From the NCBI RefSeq assembly GCF_009914755.1, contig NC_060934.1: a DNA stretch of 64,000 bases, one strand, 5' to 3'. The position numbers were made by a program, and so were the translations under genes. The DNA is from the human T2T-CHM13v2.0 reference genome, Homo sapiens. The notes beneath the pieces are model-generated. The model was not told where the DNA came from. It saw only the letters and a program-made list of their open reading frames with translations, and did not search any database. Below, piece by piece: positions 50,851-64,000 of this stretch; positions within the stretch are counted from its first letter, which is position 1, and each line of letters starts with the position of its first letter.

Positions 50851-52603
50851 GAACTGCAGAACAGGAGAGGTAGTTGTTTTGGCGGATAGCCAGATACCAC
50901 GGGACAGAGGCCACTGGAACACAGGGCATTTCTCTGCCTTCCAGTATGGGAGTCTCTAAACAGGAAGCTGTTCACTCAATTCTAAACCACATTTGGAGAA
51001 CAAAGAATTTTATTCATAGATGAGCTTTAATTGCCAATTGCATTGTTTCTTTTCACATCCTTTTATCTCTCTAATTAAAACTGGGATGGATAAGATCTTA
51101 ACTTTCTTGTTTCAAGTTAAAAATTCAGATTTTTATGGGTAAGTCTTCAGTGTTTCACAAGGCTCCCTGGTTTCTCAATGAAAGTTGCATAGCACCTCTT
51201 TTGTTCTCATCAAGTGGCATGCTTATAGGGCTAGATAAACCATAAAATTATAGGGTAGAGCTGTAATTACCTCTGCTTTCTAAACCACAGTGTAGGATCC
51301 TTATAGCACTTCCTTTAGAATGTGATTGAGTTAATTGTTATTACTATGTTATCATGTAGCATTAACTAACATACCCAAAGCAGCTACCTAGTTATTCAAG
51401 AGTCATTGCATCACCCAGAGCCCGGTGACTTAACTTGTGATCAGCGTTCATGAAATGTGCAAAATCAAGTTCTTGCTGCTTGTGTTTAGCTGGGGATTAT
51501 AGCTCTTATAAAAGCCTTAGGGCTAGTTTAAGTGGCCTGAGCCTGAGGTTTTGAAATACCTGGAACTTCACCCAGGCTCAAAGCCCTAGCATGGTTGACT
51601 CAACAAGTGTAATATCACTCACTGCACTGTTTGTGTGTATTTAGGAAGACAGCTTAAAATTTAAGGGTCCTGTGTGCACTTCAACAGACTTGGGGCATTT
51701 TGGGAAGGAGTAGGAGTGCTTTTATGTTCAATCAACCGGCAAACCTGTTATACTGGTAATGTTATGTGGTAGAGAAATGGGAGAACTGGTTTGGAAAAAG
51801 TGAGAACTCTTGCTCTTCCCACTTACTCTCTGACCTATCACCCAGTTTTTAGAAATGTTTGGAGCCAAACTTTGGAACATTTTCTTGCTCTTTGCGAAGC
51901 ACAGTTGAGATCTGGAATAACAAACAGGTATCCTTCCAATTATACGTTGTACCTGGATCTATGAGTCGATGTACCTTGGTATCAGTCTATCTGTGTATCT
52001 TTATATCTGTGTATATGTCTATTTGTGAATGTGTGTATCTCCTTTTGTATCTTTATGGGACATGTTGGCATGAATAAGCCCAGATTACTAACTCCAGTCT
52101 GGAACTCATGGATAACAAGAGGAAACTCGAAAAGGGCCTTAATAGTTTGGAGCCTGAGGCTCTCTAGCTTTCCAGAAATTCTACAACTTTTCTTCCACCT
52201 CCCCGAACTCATTGCTTCCATGACGTCTCTTGCACCTGTGTGCTCCTAGTGCTGCCATGTTAACTTGGTTCTTCATTAATGAGCGGTTTCGTAACCAGGC
52301 TCCCTTCTCCTCCTTTCTAACCCATCCTAAACCACAGGTCCTATCTGCTGGTCAGACATGGTCAAGGGATTCCTACAGCTTAGACTGCTGTTTGAAGCTC
52401 TTTGTGGACTTCCTCCTATTCCCCTTCCCAGCCTTCTTTCTCATTATGGCCCAGCCAGGACCCTTTATTCAAGCCCCACTGGAGTGGTTGCTGCTTTTGA
52501 GATATGCGTGGCACCTTCCTTGTTCTGTATCATTTCTTATGCCAGTCCTTTTAACTAAAATACTCTTTCTCCCATTTCAGCATGTGAACACGTCTTGAAT
52601 GTC

Positions 52604-52704
52604 CTTCCTTCCTTCCTCTTTCTTTCTTTCCTTCCTTCCTTCTTCTTATTCTTTTTTTCTTCCTTTCTCTTTCTTTCTCTTTCTTTCTCTTTCTTTCTTT
52701 CTTT

Positions 52705-52765
<61 letters not shown>

Positions 52766-52856
52766 TTTCCTTCCTTCCTTCCTTCCTTCCTTCCTTCCTT
52801 CCTTCCTTCCTTCCTCTTTCTTTCTCTCTTCCTTTCTTCCTTTTTTTTCTTTTTTT
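52604..52856. repeat. Polypyrimidine microsatellite from an expanded Alu tail, including (TTTC)n and (TTCC)12
   Basis: Lies inside the Alu TSD tgaatgtc(c/a)tt at 52596-52606 and 53173-53183. Confidence 0.95.
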
Positions 52857-53172
52857 GACACAGGGTCTTGCTTTGTCACCCAGGCTGGATTGCAGTGGCA
52901 AGATCATGGCTCATTGCAGCCTCGACCTCCCTGGCTCAAGTGATCGTCCCAGCTCAGCCTCCTGAGTGGCTGAGACTACAGGTGCATACCACCACACTCA
53001 GCTAATTTAATTTAATTTAATTTAATTTAATTTAATTTAATTTAATTTAATTTTGTAGAGATGGAGTTTTACTATGTAGCCCAGGCTGGTCTTGAACTCC
53101 TAGGCTCAAGCAATCCTCTCACCTTGGCCTCCCAAAGTGCTAGGATTACAGGTGTGAGCCACCAAACCTGGC
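52857..53172 (-). mobile_element. AluJ with (AATTT)10 in the linker
   Basis: Both arms present; linker expanded at 53004-53053. Confidence 0.93.
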
Positions 53173-53947
53173 TGAATGTCATTTCTGATATGCAAAAAAT
53201 CTCCTCTGATATCCTCCAAAAGAACTTACCTGAAATAGGCCCTATATCATCTAATTGATTTTAATCCTTTTGCAATCCGGGACTCTCTCGATTTTACAAC
53301 CCCAAGTATGTTTCCAGTTTTGATTTTCCTCTCCACCTATGTGGCTACCATAGTGATATGTTTAAAATGCTAATGTAATAAATGCTTATTACTCCTCTGC
53401 TTAAAATTCTATCATGAGAGGAGGAAGTTTGAGTAGATACGTAAGGGAAACTATTACTTTATACTTAATATTTCCCATAAATGCACAAATTATGTTTATA
53501 ATAAAAATAAACCCTTTCATTGTTCCCCATTACTAATGGATTGGAAAAACAGTTACTTCGCATGACTTGGAAATCTCTTCATGATTGAATGGGTGATCCT
53601 GTTGGAAATTCAGACTTCTTTGTACACCAGTTTTCAAGATGGACTAGGATTCTTAACATTTGCTGAATATTCTATGGTGCTCCTGAGCTCTGGAGGTGCT
53701 GGCCTTCTTTCCCCCAGGGTCCTCTTCCATGGGAAGGGGTTCCCCTCAAACTCCACATTCAGGTTATGCCACCTTTTTTCTGTAGTTTTACCTCCCCTCC
53801 CTAGGCATAGTTGGGTCTTTTAACATACCCATGTTAGGATACTTACCACATGGCCCTGTTTTTGTTTATTGTTATTTACTTGTAGCTGCCTACATTCAAA
53901 AGAGATTTAAGGCAAAGAAATCTGGTACTTTGAATTTTGTATCCTGG

Positions 53948-54181
53948 TGTATTACGGTTCTCCAGAGAAGCAGAACCATTAGAATATATTACGAGATATC
54001 AACTCACATGATTATGGAGGCTGAGAAGTCCCAAGATCTGCCATCTGCAAGTTGGAGACCCAGGAAATTTGGTGATGTAGTTTGAAGGCCTGAGAGCTGG
54101 AGACTATAGTATAGATTCCAGTCTGGGTCTGAAGGCCTAAGAAACATGAGGGCAGGAGATTGATCCCACAGCTCAAGCAGT

Positions 54182-54216
<35 letters not shown>

Positions 54217-54436
54217 CTTCCCTTTCTCTATTATTGTTTTTGTCTTAGTCAAGAGCTAAATCCCTTGGATGATGCCTACCCACATTGGTGAGGGTGATCT
54301 GCTGTACTGAGTCCACCAATTCAAATTGTAATCTCTTCTGGAAACACCTTGGTACACACATCCAGAAATAATGTTTAGCCAGCTATCTGGGCATCCTGTA
54401 GCCCAGGAAAGCTGATACATAAAACTGAGTATCACA
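53948..54436 (-). mobile_element. MLT2B-like ERVL solo LTR with internal (GA)n
   Basis: tgtattacggttctccagagaagcagaacc...ggaggctgagaagtccc...atcaca; perfect TSD CCTGG. Confidence 0.9.
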
Positions 54437-54689
54437 CCTGGGCACCTAGATCATGCCAAATTTGAGAGGTATTAATTATTATTATTATTTTTATAAGGAT
54501 TTGTGAACTTGTAAAAAACAAAATCATAGAAGAATTGGAAGAGTGAGTAGAGATTATCACACAAATTTTTTGTTATGTACCTGAGGAGTCTAAAGTCATT
54601 TGTAGTCTCCTTCGCATCTGGCACAATGTCTTGTGTTTGGAGGATTTTAGTATATTTTTGTTGAATGAATGTGTTAACAATTAGTCACT

Positions 54690-57150
54690 CTCTTACTTAT
54701 GGATTTGTCTATTTCTCCTTGAAATTCTATCCGTTTTTGCTTGTTTTCAGCTGCATAAATATTTAGGATTTTTATGACCTCTTAGTAATTGATCCCTTTA
54801 TCGTTATGAAATTACCTTCTTTATCCCCAGTAACATTCTTTTCTCTGAAATCCACTTTGTCTGATATTAATATAGCCAGATTTCATTTTATTACTGTTGG
54901 AATAAAATATCTTTTTCAACCCTTTTACTTCTTATCTATATTTAAAGTAAGCAGCACACAGTTGGGTCTTGTTTTTTATTTAACCTTATATAATATCTGC
55001 CTTTAGATTGGACATTTACACTACTTGCATTTAATGTTATTATTGATATGATTAGGTTGAAATACATTACCTTGCAATTTATTTTCTATGTGTCCCATCT
55101 CTTCTCTCTCTCTCTCTTTCACCTGTTCTGCCTTCTTTTGGGTTAATTACATATTTTTTATGATTCTATTTTATCTCCCTTGTGGACGTATGATTGTATC
55201 TCTTTATTTGTGCTTGTTCAGTAGTTGCTTCAGGATTTATTGTATGCATCTTTAACTTATTGAAGTCTATCTTTAAGTAATCATGTACCACTCCACATAC
55301 ATAAGTATAAGAATGCTACAATAGTAGACTTCTGTTTCTCCCTCCTCCATCTTTATGCTATAATTGTATAGTATTTTATGTTTATTATGCTACGTTTATA
55401 TTATTTTTGCTTAATTAGATGATTATCTTTGATAGAAATTTAAATAATAAGAAAAAATCTTATATACCTGCCCTAGTGTTAATCTTTCCAGTACTCTAGA
55501 TTCTCTTGTATATATTTATATTTCCATCTGGTTTTATTTTCCTTCTGTCTGAAAGACATACTTCAACATTTCATGTAATGTGGATCTGCTGCAGATGAAT
55601 TCATTTTACCTTTGCTTTTGAGAGGAATTTTTTTTTTGTTTGGTGAATAATTCTACTTTGTCAATTTTGGTTTTCTTTCAATATTTCAAAGTGTGTCTTC
55701 TTATCTGGATTGTTTCTGAGAAGAAATCTGCTGCCACCTGTATCTTTGTTTTTTTTTGTTTTGTTTTGTTTTGTTTTTTTGTATGTAATGTGTCTTTCTT
55801 CCTCTGGCTGTTTTAAAGGTTTTCTCTTTAGCACTGGTTTTGAATAATTTGATACGTGTGCCTTGGTGTGGTTTTCTACATGTTCCTAATATCTGGGATT
55901 TCTTAACCTTCTTCAATCTACGAGTTTATAGTTTTCATTAAATGTGCAAAAATTTCAGCCATTATTTCTTCAATTAATTTTCTTCCCCTTCTTCTCTTTT
56001 GGAGACTCCAATTACAAATAGGATATATATATATTTGATTGCTTGAAATTTTCTCATAGCTCAGTGATACATCTTTTTTTAAAAATTGTTTTTTCTCTTT
56101 ATGTTTTGTTTTGGACCGTTTCCAATGTTACGTTGTAGAGTTTATTACTTTTTTCTTCCATAATATCTAATCTGCCATTAATCCCATCTAGTGAGATTTC
56201 CTTTTCACACACATTGATTTTTCATTTCTAGTAGTTGGCCTTGAGTCTTTTCTATACCGTTCATCTTTCTATTTAACTTTTGGAATGAATGAAATTGATT
56301 TGTAACAATGGTTTTAATGTCCTTGTCGGCTACAAGTTTTAATATCTGTGTCTGTTATGGGTCTGATTGATGGCTTTTTCCTGTGTTCTTTGCATGCCTG
56401 ATACTTTTTGATTGAATGCTAGACATTGTGAATCTCACCTTATTAGGTGTTGGATATTTTTCTTTTCTAGGGGTATTCTTAAGCTTTGTTCTGGGATGTA
56501 GACAAGTTACTTAGAAACAGTTCGATCCTTTTTGGGTCTTGCTTTTCAGATTTGGTAGGTGAACTGGAGCAGTGCTTACTCTAGGACTAAATCTTCTCCA
56601 CTACTGAGGAGAGATCGATTTGTGTACTCTACTGAGGACCCTGTGAATATCAAGGCTTTCCAATCTGGCTCTTGGAAATAGACACTATTCCCAGCCTTGG
56701 GTGAGTGCCAGGCACTGTGACCTCCTGATCCTTTCAGGTGGTGCTTTTCCTGGACTTCACATGCATAAGCTGATCAGAACTAAGTTGAATGTCAGAGGGG
56801 AATACTGTAGATCCTGGCATTCGCTCTGTGTGTAGCTGTCTCCTATTTGACGTTTTATCCTTCAAATACTAGCTGCCTTGACTCCCCTTAATTCCATCTT
56901 CACAACTCATGGAATATGCCAAATTTGATCTGAGTTACCCTTCCCTCCACTGTGGCCTGCAAACTCTCTCGAGGAAGTAAGCTTGGACAATTTTAAGGCT
57001 CGTTTTATTTGTTCCCCATATTTTAATAATAATTGCCCTTTATTTTCCTATATCCAAGGGCTCACAGACCATTATTTCATATATTTTGTCAAGTTTTTTA
57101 TTGTTTTAGGTGAGAAGGAAATTTGAATGCCTTTATTCCATCTTGACTAG
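54690..57150 (-). mobile_element. Old L1M segment spanning ORF2 5' end, ORF1 and 5' region, decayed
   Basis: atggatttgtctatttctcc and tccactttgtctgatattaatatagcca are antisense L1 motifs; the 55701-55916 ORF has ORF1p-like IKLFKTSAKEKTFKTARGRKTH. Confidence 0.8.
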
Positions 57151-57639
57151 GTTATCTTTGTTTGAAATTATATTTCCCACATTCTTCTAGAATATATGAT
57201 TCTTAGGCTAGAATTAAGTCTAATTACCCAATCATCTTATATTGTTTTAACAATCTTCTTTACTTTTTTTTGTTTATTTTTTCTCAATAGCATGATTGCA
57301 ACTTGCTAAAGCAAAGTGATTTTTCTGAATAATAAGCTGATAGCTCTGTAAGCTTTTTCTCTACCTCATTCTACAAATCATTATCTTTAACCACTGGAGA
57401 ATTTTAATACTGATCTGTAAAAATGTCCTTGGCAAAACATGTCCTGCCATCTTTGCCTCTATTTCAGTTCATTGTATCATATGATGTTTTATTACAAGTG
57501 GAATATGTGTGCAAATTGTGATCAAGAAGGTTAAGAACAATATTTACAAATTTATCGAGTAATTAGAAATAATATATCTAATATTTTGTACTTTGAATAA
57601 TGTTACTACTATCCTCATGATAGTGGTGAATTTATATTT

Positions 57640-58360
57640 GATTCTTTCCCATTCTTCTCCATCATCTTGATATCTGATGTCAAATTATATCAACTGTGTC
57701 TTTACAAAATTATTCTCATCTGTTACTCCTCTGCACTTCTGCTTCCTAGTTTAGGCTCTAATAAAATATCACTTGAATTGCCCTAACAGTCTCTCCTCTC
57801 AACAACCTGTATACACTAAACAAGTCTTCAAATATGAATTGAATGTGTTCTTGTTCCAAGAAGTGTTGAGAGCTGGCTCGGGATGAACCAATCATACTAA
57901 ACCAAAACTTTAATGTTTGCCCCTCCTGTTAAAAATCCCTTCACGAATTCCATCCTCTAAGAAAACGAAATTCAAATGTCTTTGTGTGACAGTCATAAGA
58001 TCTTATACGACGTACCTTTTTGGTTAAATCAAACAGCTTTTTGTTCTCTCTGTACATCAAATATTCTCTTTGCTTTCTTAAACTTTAATAGAATGTGCAT
58101 TCTTTTTTTTTTTTTTCTTCACTTCCAAGGTCTAACTCAAAAGCCTCATTCCCACGCAGCCTCATTTGATCTTCTCCAGATTGGAAGTTTTATTCTCTTA
58201 CGGCTACTCCCACTTTTTACTTTATCTTTTTTTATTTATGTATATATCTTATCTCCTTTATTGACTATACAACAGTTTGAGGGCAAGGTAGGCATAGGGC
58301 TTATTCCTCTATTTTCTACTCTGCTTTGCACTGAATAATTAGTGTTCAACAAAAGCCTGG
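57640..58360 (+). mobile_element. L2 fragments
   Basis: ctcctgttaaaaatcccttcacgaattcc...ttgactatacaacagtttgagggcaagg...agtgttcaacaaa. Confidence 0.5.
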
Positions 58361-59712
58361 AGAATGGTAAGTAAAGGGGCACAAAGAGTCGCTTAAACCA
58401 ATTTTATCTAAATAATTCTAAATGGACAAAAAATTTCAGGAATGTTAGCTCTGGTGCCTACTGGTGACCATGGGAGGAAATATAGCTCATGGCACATTGG
58501 GTTGAGCAGGAAAGAGTATCTTTTTGAGATTCTTTTTTTTTTTTTTTTTTTTGATGGTTTTGTTTTAGGTCAAAGAAGATTAGTATATTAACAATTCAAC
58601 ACTAAAGCTTAATTGGCAAAACACCAAGGTGCTTGGTATAGTGGTACTATAATCCAGTTTAGTGATCTTCTTAACTTTATTTTCTAAAACTATCATTTTG
58701 GAAGTTGAGCTAAGACCAAGATAGTTTGATAACAAATGGAGACACTTGCTTGGCACATTTACATGTAGAATAGATTTCTTTTCTTTTAAATAAGTGTTAT
58801 TGGTTCCATGAGGTCACGGAAGTGAGAAATATTGAAAATATTTTAGAAAACTTAAAATTTCACTTAATTGATAAACTCTCAGCTCTTCCATTTTCTGTGT
58901 CCTTGAGTAAGTAACTTAACCTAAGTCTTAGTTTTCTCATCTATAAAATAGGGATAATAACACTCTATAGTGTTGTAGGAGTAAATTAGTTATTTTTAGT
59001 AAACTTCTTCGCATAGTAGTTTTTGTTATGATAATCAGCATTATGTAAGTTTTAACTATTATATATACCATGACTTACAAGAGTAGTTACATTTGCCTTT
59101 TAATTTCTTTGTTTGGTTGTACGCTACATGCATGAGACACCTTATCTCTACTATTTAATATACTGTTTAGATGTAGAAATTGCTCAAGTGATTTTTGTTT
59201 ATTAAATGAGTACGTCAAGGCCTTCTGTGGTGCTTAGTAACTATTAAAACCTTGTCATGGGAAGGGTTTAGATTGGAAAGCATTCCATGATGGCAAGTGA
59301 TATTAAACACTGAAATGAGAGGAAAAGACAGGGGGTGAATCTTTTCATTGAAGTCTTTGGGATTAAGATAGTAGTTCACTTGTCTGAGTCATCACAGAAT
59401 CCTGCTAGAACAGTAGAGAAGACTGAAGGGCAGATGAAGTCATTTCTATTTCATGATTTAAAACTGCAAATAACAGTTGTCCAATAGTATAGACAATGCC
59501 TCTTAGCATATTATTTATATTCAAGCTGTCTACTTCAGAGAATATTAATTAAATAACCTTAGGGGCATGACATTTGCTAAATTCCTCCAACACAATATTT
59601 TAAATTGTAAGCTACTACTTAACTTCAACACCTGAAATATAAAACAAGAACTGACAAAAATATGTGGAAAGCTATATATGTAAATGGGTCCCTAAAGTGC
59701 TGAGAAGCTCCC

Positions 59713-60091
59713 TGTCTAAGTCAGTTAGTGCTGCTATACCAGATTACCCTAAACTTGGAGGGCTAAACAACAAATGTTTATTTCTCACGGTTGTGGAGCC
59801 TGGAAATCCATAATCAAAGTGCTGGCAGATCCTGCATCTAGCAAGGGCTCTCTTCCTGGTTTGCAGATGGCTGCCTTCTTGCTGTATCCTCATATGGTGG
59901 ACAGCAGAGAGAAGGGCCAAGCTCTCTGGTATCTCATCTTATAAGGACACTAATCCCGTCATGAGGTCTCCACTCTCATGACCTAATTACCTTCCAAAAG
60001 GTCCCACCTCCTAATACCCTCCCATTATGGAGGCTAGGGGTTCAACATATGAATTTTGGGGAGGGGGGTCACAAACATTCAGTCCATAACA
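59713..60091 (-). mobile_element. MLT1A0-like solo LTR
   Basis: tttatttctcacggttgtggagcctggaaatcc...cctggtttgcagatggctgccttc...cacaaacattcagtccataaca. Confidence 0.9.
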
Positions 60092-60267
60092 CCACCTTAT
60101 TTCCAAATATACTCTTCTTCTGCTTGTCATGGTGCCTAAAACTCCAGTGTTATAAATCCATTATTTTCGAACAACATACTTGACTGGAATTATCTACCCA
60201 CTTTGACTTGCTGTTATCACAAACAGGGCAACATTAAGTCTTAGAACTATTCAGTCCTTAGACAACT

Positions 60268-60694
60268 TGTCTTAGTCTGTTCTCACACTGCTATAAAGAA
60301 ATACCTGGGACTGGGTAATTTACAAAGAAAAAAGGTTTAATTGGCTCATGGTTCTGCAGGCTGTACAAGAAGCATGGTAGCATCTGCCCAGCTTCAGTCA
60401 TGGCAAAAGGTGAAGGGGAAGTTGGCACTTCACATGCCAGAGCAGGAGGAAGAGAGGAATGAGGAGAGGTGCTCCACACCTTTTTTTGTGTGTGCCCATT
60501 GTTTGCTAATGCTACACCTTTTAAACAACCAGATTTCGTGAGAACTCCATCACTAGACAGCACTAGAGGGATGGTGCTAGACCATTAGAAACTGCCCCCA
60601 TGACCCAGTGACTTCCCACCAGGTCCCTCCTCCAACACTAGGGATTACAATTAGAGATGAGATGTGGGTGGGGACACTGAGCCAAACCATTTCA
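60268..60694 (-). mobile_element. MSTA-like solo LTR carrying a small insertion
   Basis: ttaattggctcatggttctgcaggctgtacaagaagcatgg (MST-type); ends gccaaaccatttca. Confidence 0.9.
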
Positions 60695-62940
60695 TATTTT
60701 TTCTTGACAGTGAGAGAGGGGAAGAGAGCATGGATATAAAGTGCTAATTTTAAATTAAATGAGGAGGAGTTGAATACTTTTTGGGTAGAGCACACAGGAC
60801 CTTTTATGAAGGAAGGCCACAGTGATTCCTCCAAGAGTGGCTTGGGTGTCCAAGGTGCAGGATTGGAGGCAGGTAAAAAGTAGGACAAAGAAGGTACTGA
60901 AGTGGGACATCTCTGACTTGTCACTATTTTTTAAAGCCAGGTCTCATTTAAATTGAAGGTATTGGATTAGATACAGTGCTTCTCAGCCCACGTTGTAGTC
61001 TGACCTTACACATCCACCCTGGTGAGAAGGAATGGAGAAGAAGAATTCGGGTGGAATGAAGACCTGGATCACAACTACTGTCACAGTAGTAGAAGCACTT
61101 GTGAGTCCTCCTTATTGTTGCAGACTTTTGTCTTTCTTGTCTGTGGTTGGGGGTTGAGATTCTGAGCTATGTCCTATCCAAGGTCCCTCCCGCTAGAACT
61201 TGCTGGGATTCTATGAATTGTTTTCTGCATAATATTCTTCCATGTAGACGCTAAAGTTCATCAATTTAAAATTTATGACTACAACTCTTTTCAGCAACTT
61301 CACACCACCATACAGGTGCATGTGTATGTGATGTGATAAATTGAGTCAATTATAAGCACAGTTCTGGGAAAACAAAGACAAGCAAAATTTAGTGCATCTT
61401 CCTCACTTATCTCTTTATTTCTAGTTCTGGAAGCTTTAGGGTCTGAATTATCTACACGAATTGTCCCAGCATCCCCCCTTCAATTTCTATATGGAGATAA
61501 CTCAAATTACGGCCAATATTACCGCTGCCCCCAATCTCTTTTTGGCTTTGAGATAATAAACATCTCCTAACAACTTAAAAAAATTGAGATGCCCTTTTCA
61601 CTTTGACCATACAGATGGAAAAATTGTAAATAACAGATCCTTGACACTCTTCAGAAATAAAATGTGATGAAGAGTTCAGTTGTCTGATTAAATTCTCCCC
61701 ATAAAATCTCACCTAGCCTATTCTTACCCCAGGGATAAGGACTGTGCACACAATGGACATTATTTTTCTTTTGAACATACTCGTATCTTGTCAAGATGTC
61801 ATCAATACAAATACTTTGACGTTTTTAGTGCGATGATTGGGAAGCAGGTTGAATTTTTCAATCCTCCCAGCCAATATAAGTCAGTCTGAGATACTTAATT
61901 TCTATTTGAGATCCTTCGTTTCTATTATAAACAGATCCCACAGTGGAAGATAAATTTCATGGTAACAGTTTGGACTTTTTTATGAACCACCTGCAAGTTT
62001 TCTGCAAACAACATGTTTTATGGGAGCTCAAGGCAGTGTTCACCCATCAAGGCCTGACAGTAAGAGGAGGATGGATGAGGCCTTATCTCAGGCACACATG
62101 TAACCTTCCCTGTTCCCTGGCCTGACCTCCCTCTGCACTCATTTATGAAAATGATTCATCTTTAAAGAGCTTCCTCGCTCTGCCTGCAGGCTGTAGATCT
62201 TTTTGCACTGAACTTGTGTAGGCTGACGTTATAAACTTCGGTTTGTAAGCCATTTGGAGGGGCTTAATTTTGAATATTGGAAAAAGAAAGTACAATACAT
62301 GTACTTCCTTAAAGGAACAGTCTCGTCCTGGGACTCTCTTCTACAGAAAGATGGTCCCAAGAGATCTATTGAAAAAAACATCATTAGGATTCAACTTGTA
62401 TTTATTTTGCTAAAGTCTTGCCTCAGCACATTAAAGTAGAGAGTGGGCAAGTAGTGCTAGCATTGGGCTGACGTTATCATGCCATTCTCTCCCCATATCG
62501 AGAAAGCGGCTTTGGAGCACACATTTCATATTGGTGGAGGGCACTGCAAAGGGTCTTATTTGTGTCAGGTCTGGTGGAAATCAGTAGGTTTCTCTAGAAT
62601 ATTCCTTTGAACTGAAAAGCCTTAGGGAGTAAGGGGTATTAACTAGAAATAAGGAGAATAAGATCTCAACAAAAGTAGACATAGGAAAAGGGAGAAGAAG
62701 ATGATATGAATTGGGTCATTTATTTAGCTAAATCTGTGAGTTGTAAGAGCCAGTATTTTCATAGTACTTGTGTGTGGGATCTCACATTGGAAATATGGCA
62801 AAAAATAAATATGTGCGAGAGTTTGAACTTAAGAAAGAGAAGATAGAATAGGTTCATAGCATGGTTTTTAAAATTCAATTTTTTGTGTGTAACACGATTT
62901 AAATAGGAATGAGATATCCTAGACTTGACATCTAGATAGC

Positions 62941-63158
62941 TAGAGTGACAAACATTTTCTGTGTAGGGATAGATATTCACTTCTTTTAGGGCTTTGCAGG
63001 CCTTATGATCTCTGTCACAACTACTCAACTCTGCCAATGTAGCACTGAAATAGATGTAGTCAGTATGCTTGGACACGGGAGTTTTCCAATGAAACTTCAT
63101 TTATAATGCCATGAGGCAGCCTGGATTTGGCCTGTGGGCCACAGTTTGCCCATCCCAG
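62941..63158. mobile_element. MER58A-like hAT-Charlie relic
   Basis: gctttgcaggccttatgatctctgtcacaactactcaactctgcc...ggatttggcctgtgggccacagtttgcc. Confidence 0.85.
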
Positions 63159-63324
63159 TCTTAGATTACTCTGGCCTCACACCAAGCCTCAACTAGACCT
63201 GTGCCTGCTTCCATGTTCCTCGACTGAGACCAATGACAAAAGTGTAGCCATAACTAAAGAGTGGCATTTTGCTACTTAACAGTCATCAAAATGAGTCCCA
63301 TGGAAGCCTGTGTTCTGCAAGGTG

Positions 63325-63530
63325 GCAATTGGTGTTCCTCAAAAAAGGTGTCTGTGGTTAAGGAAATTTGGTAAATATGGGTGAGACTTCTTGGACTTAC
63401 AATTTTTAAAATGCATTGAGAATGTCAAAGAGAAGATGAAGGAGGCAACATTTCCCAAACCTGTTCATTCGTAGAAGCTTCTTGTACTCCTGCCTCTTAC
63501 CATCTTCAGAACACATCCCTGGGGTGTGTT
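63325..63530. mobile_element. MER103C-like relic
   Basis: ggtgttcctcaaaaaaggtgtctgtggt...gcaacatttcccaaacc. Confidence 0.4.
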
Positions 63531-64000
63531 CCCCAGGGAGATTAGAGTCTCTGATGTTGTCTACCCTGCCCCATGACAACAACCGGATTATGTGCTGCCT
63601 GAAACCAGATGTCCGCCCTATACAAGCTGGCTTCAGACACTCCCCCAAACTCCAAAAACCATTCAGGTAGAATTTTTCCTTTGTCTCTTATCCTGATAGC
63701 TATTTTTCTTATGCCAGCTTGCCTTTCCCTAATAGGTATTAGTGGAGCATGACTGTGTGCCCACTGGCCTTCCAGATGACTACAAAATAGCAGTAGTAGA
63801 AATGAGCTCTTCCTACATTCCATTTATTGGAATAATTACAAAGATTCCTGTAGAGACTTGCCCCCTGGCAATCCCTAATGATGTAAAGACCTACTCCAAG
63901 AAAGTTATGTCCTAACATCTTACCTGAAGGAGAGTTTTCTTGTGCTCATAGACAGCAATGATAAAACTTGGTGGCTGTGGGAATTCATAGAGGATGCTGG

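Overview
Primate (human-like) non-coding genomic DNA, with no intact protein-coding gene that I can support. The window is dominated by interspersed repeats: about 24 Alu/FLAM/FAM copies, L1 fragments, L2/MIR relics, about 11 MaLR/ERVL solo LTRs, a few hAT DNA-transposon relics and purine/pyrimidine microsatellites. The one gene-derived feature is a near full-length processed keratin-8 (KRT8) pseudogene on the minus strand (about 20795-22546). It has lost its start codon (ATA) and carries three frameshifts. Its 3' third is unexpectedly CpG-rich, carries GC boxes and abuts a (GGAA)16 array derived from its poly(A) tail; this is the best candidate for an exapted regulatory element here. L1s, LTRs and the pseudogene are strongly biased to the minus strand, which suggests the window lies in an intron of a long plus-strand transcript. 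Several repeat-free blocks look like enhancers. Other observations are small-scale insertion and rearrangement signatures: a twin-primed L1, a roughly 30-nt retroposed orphan insert, a non-canonical Alu dimer and a template-switch triplication. I found no evidence of a new multi-gene system. Repeat subfamily names come from recalled consensus sequences, boundaries of old repeats are approximate, and I could not identify the locus.
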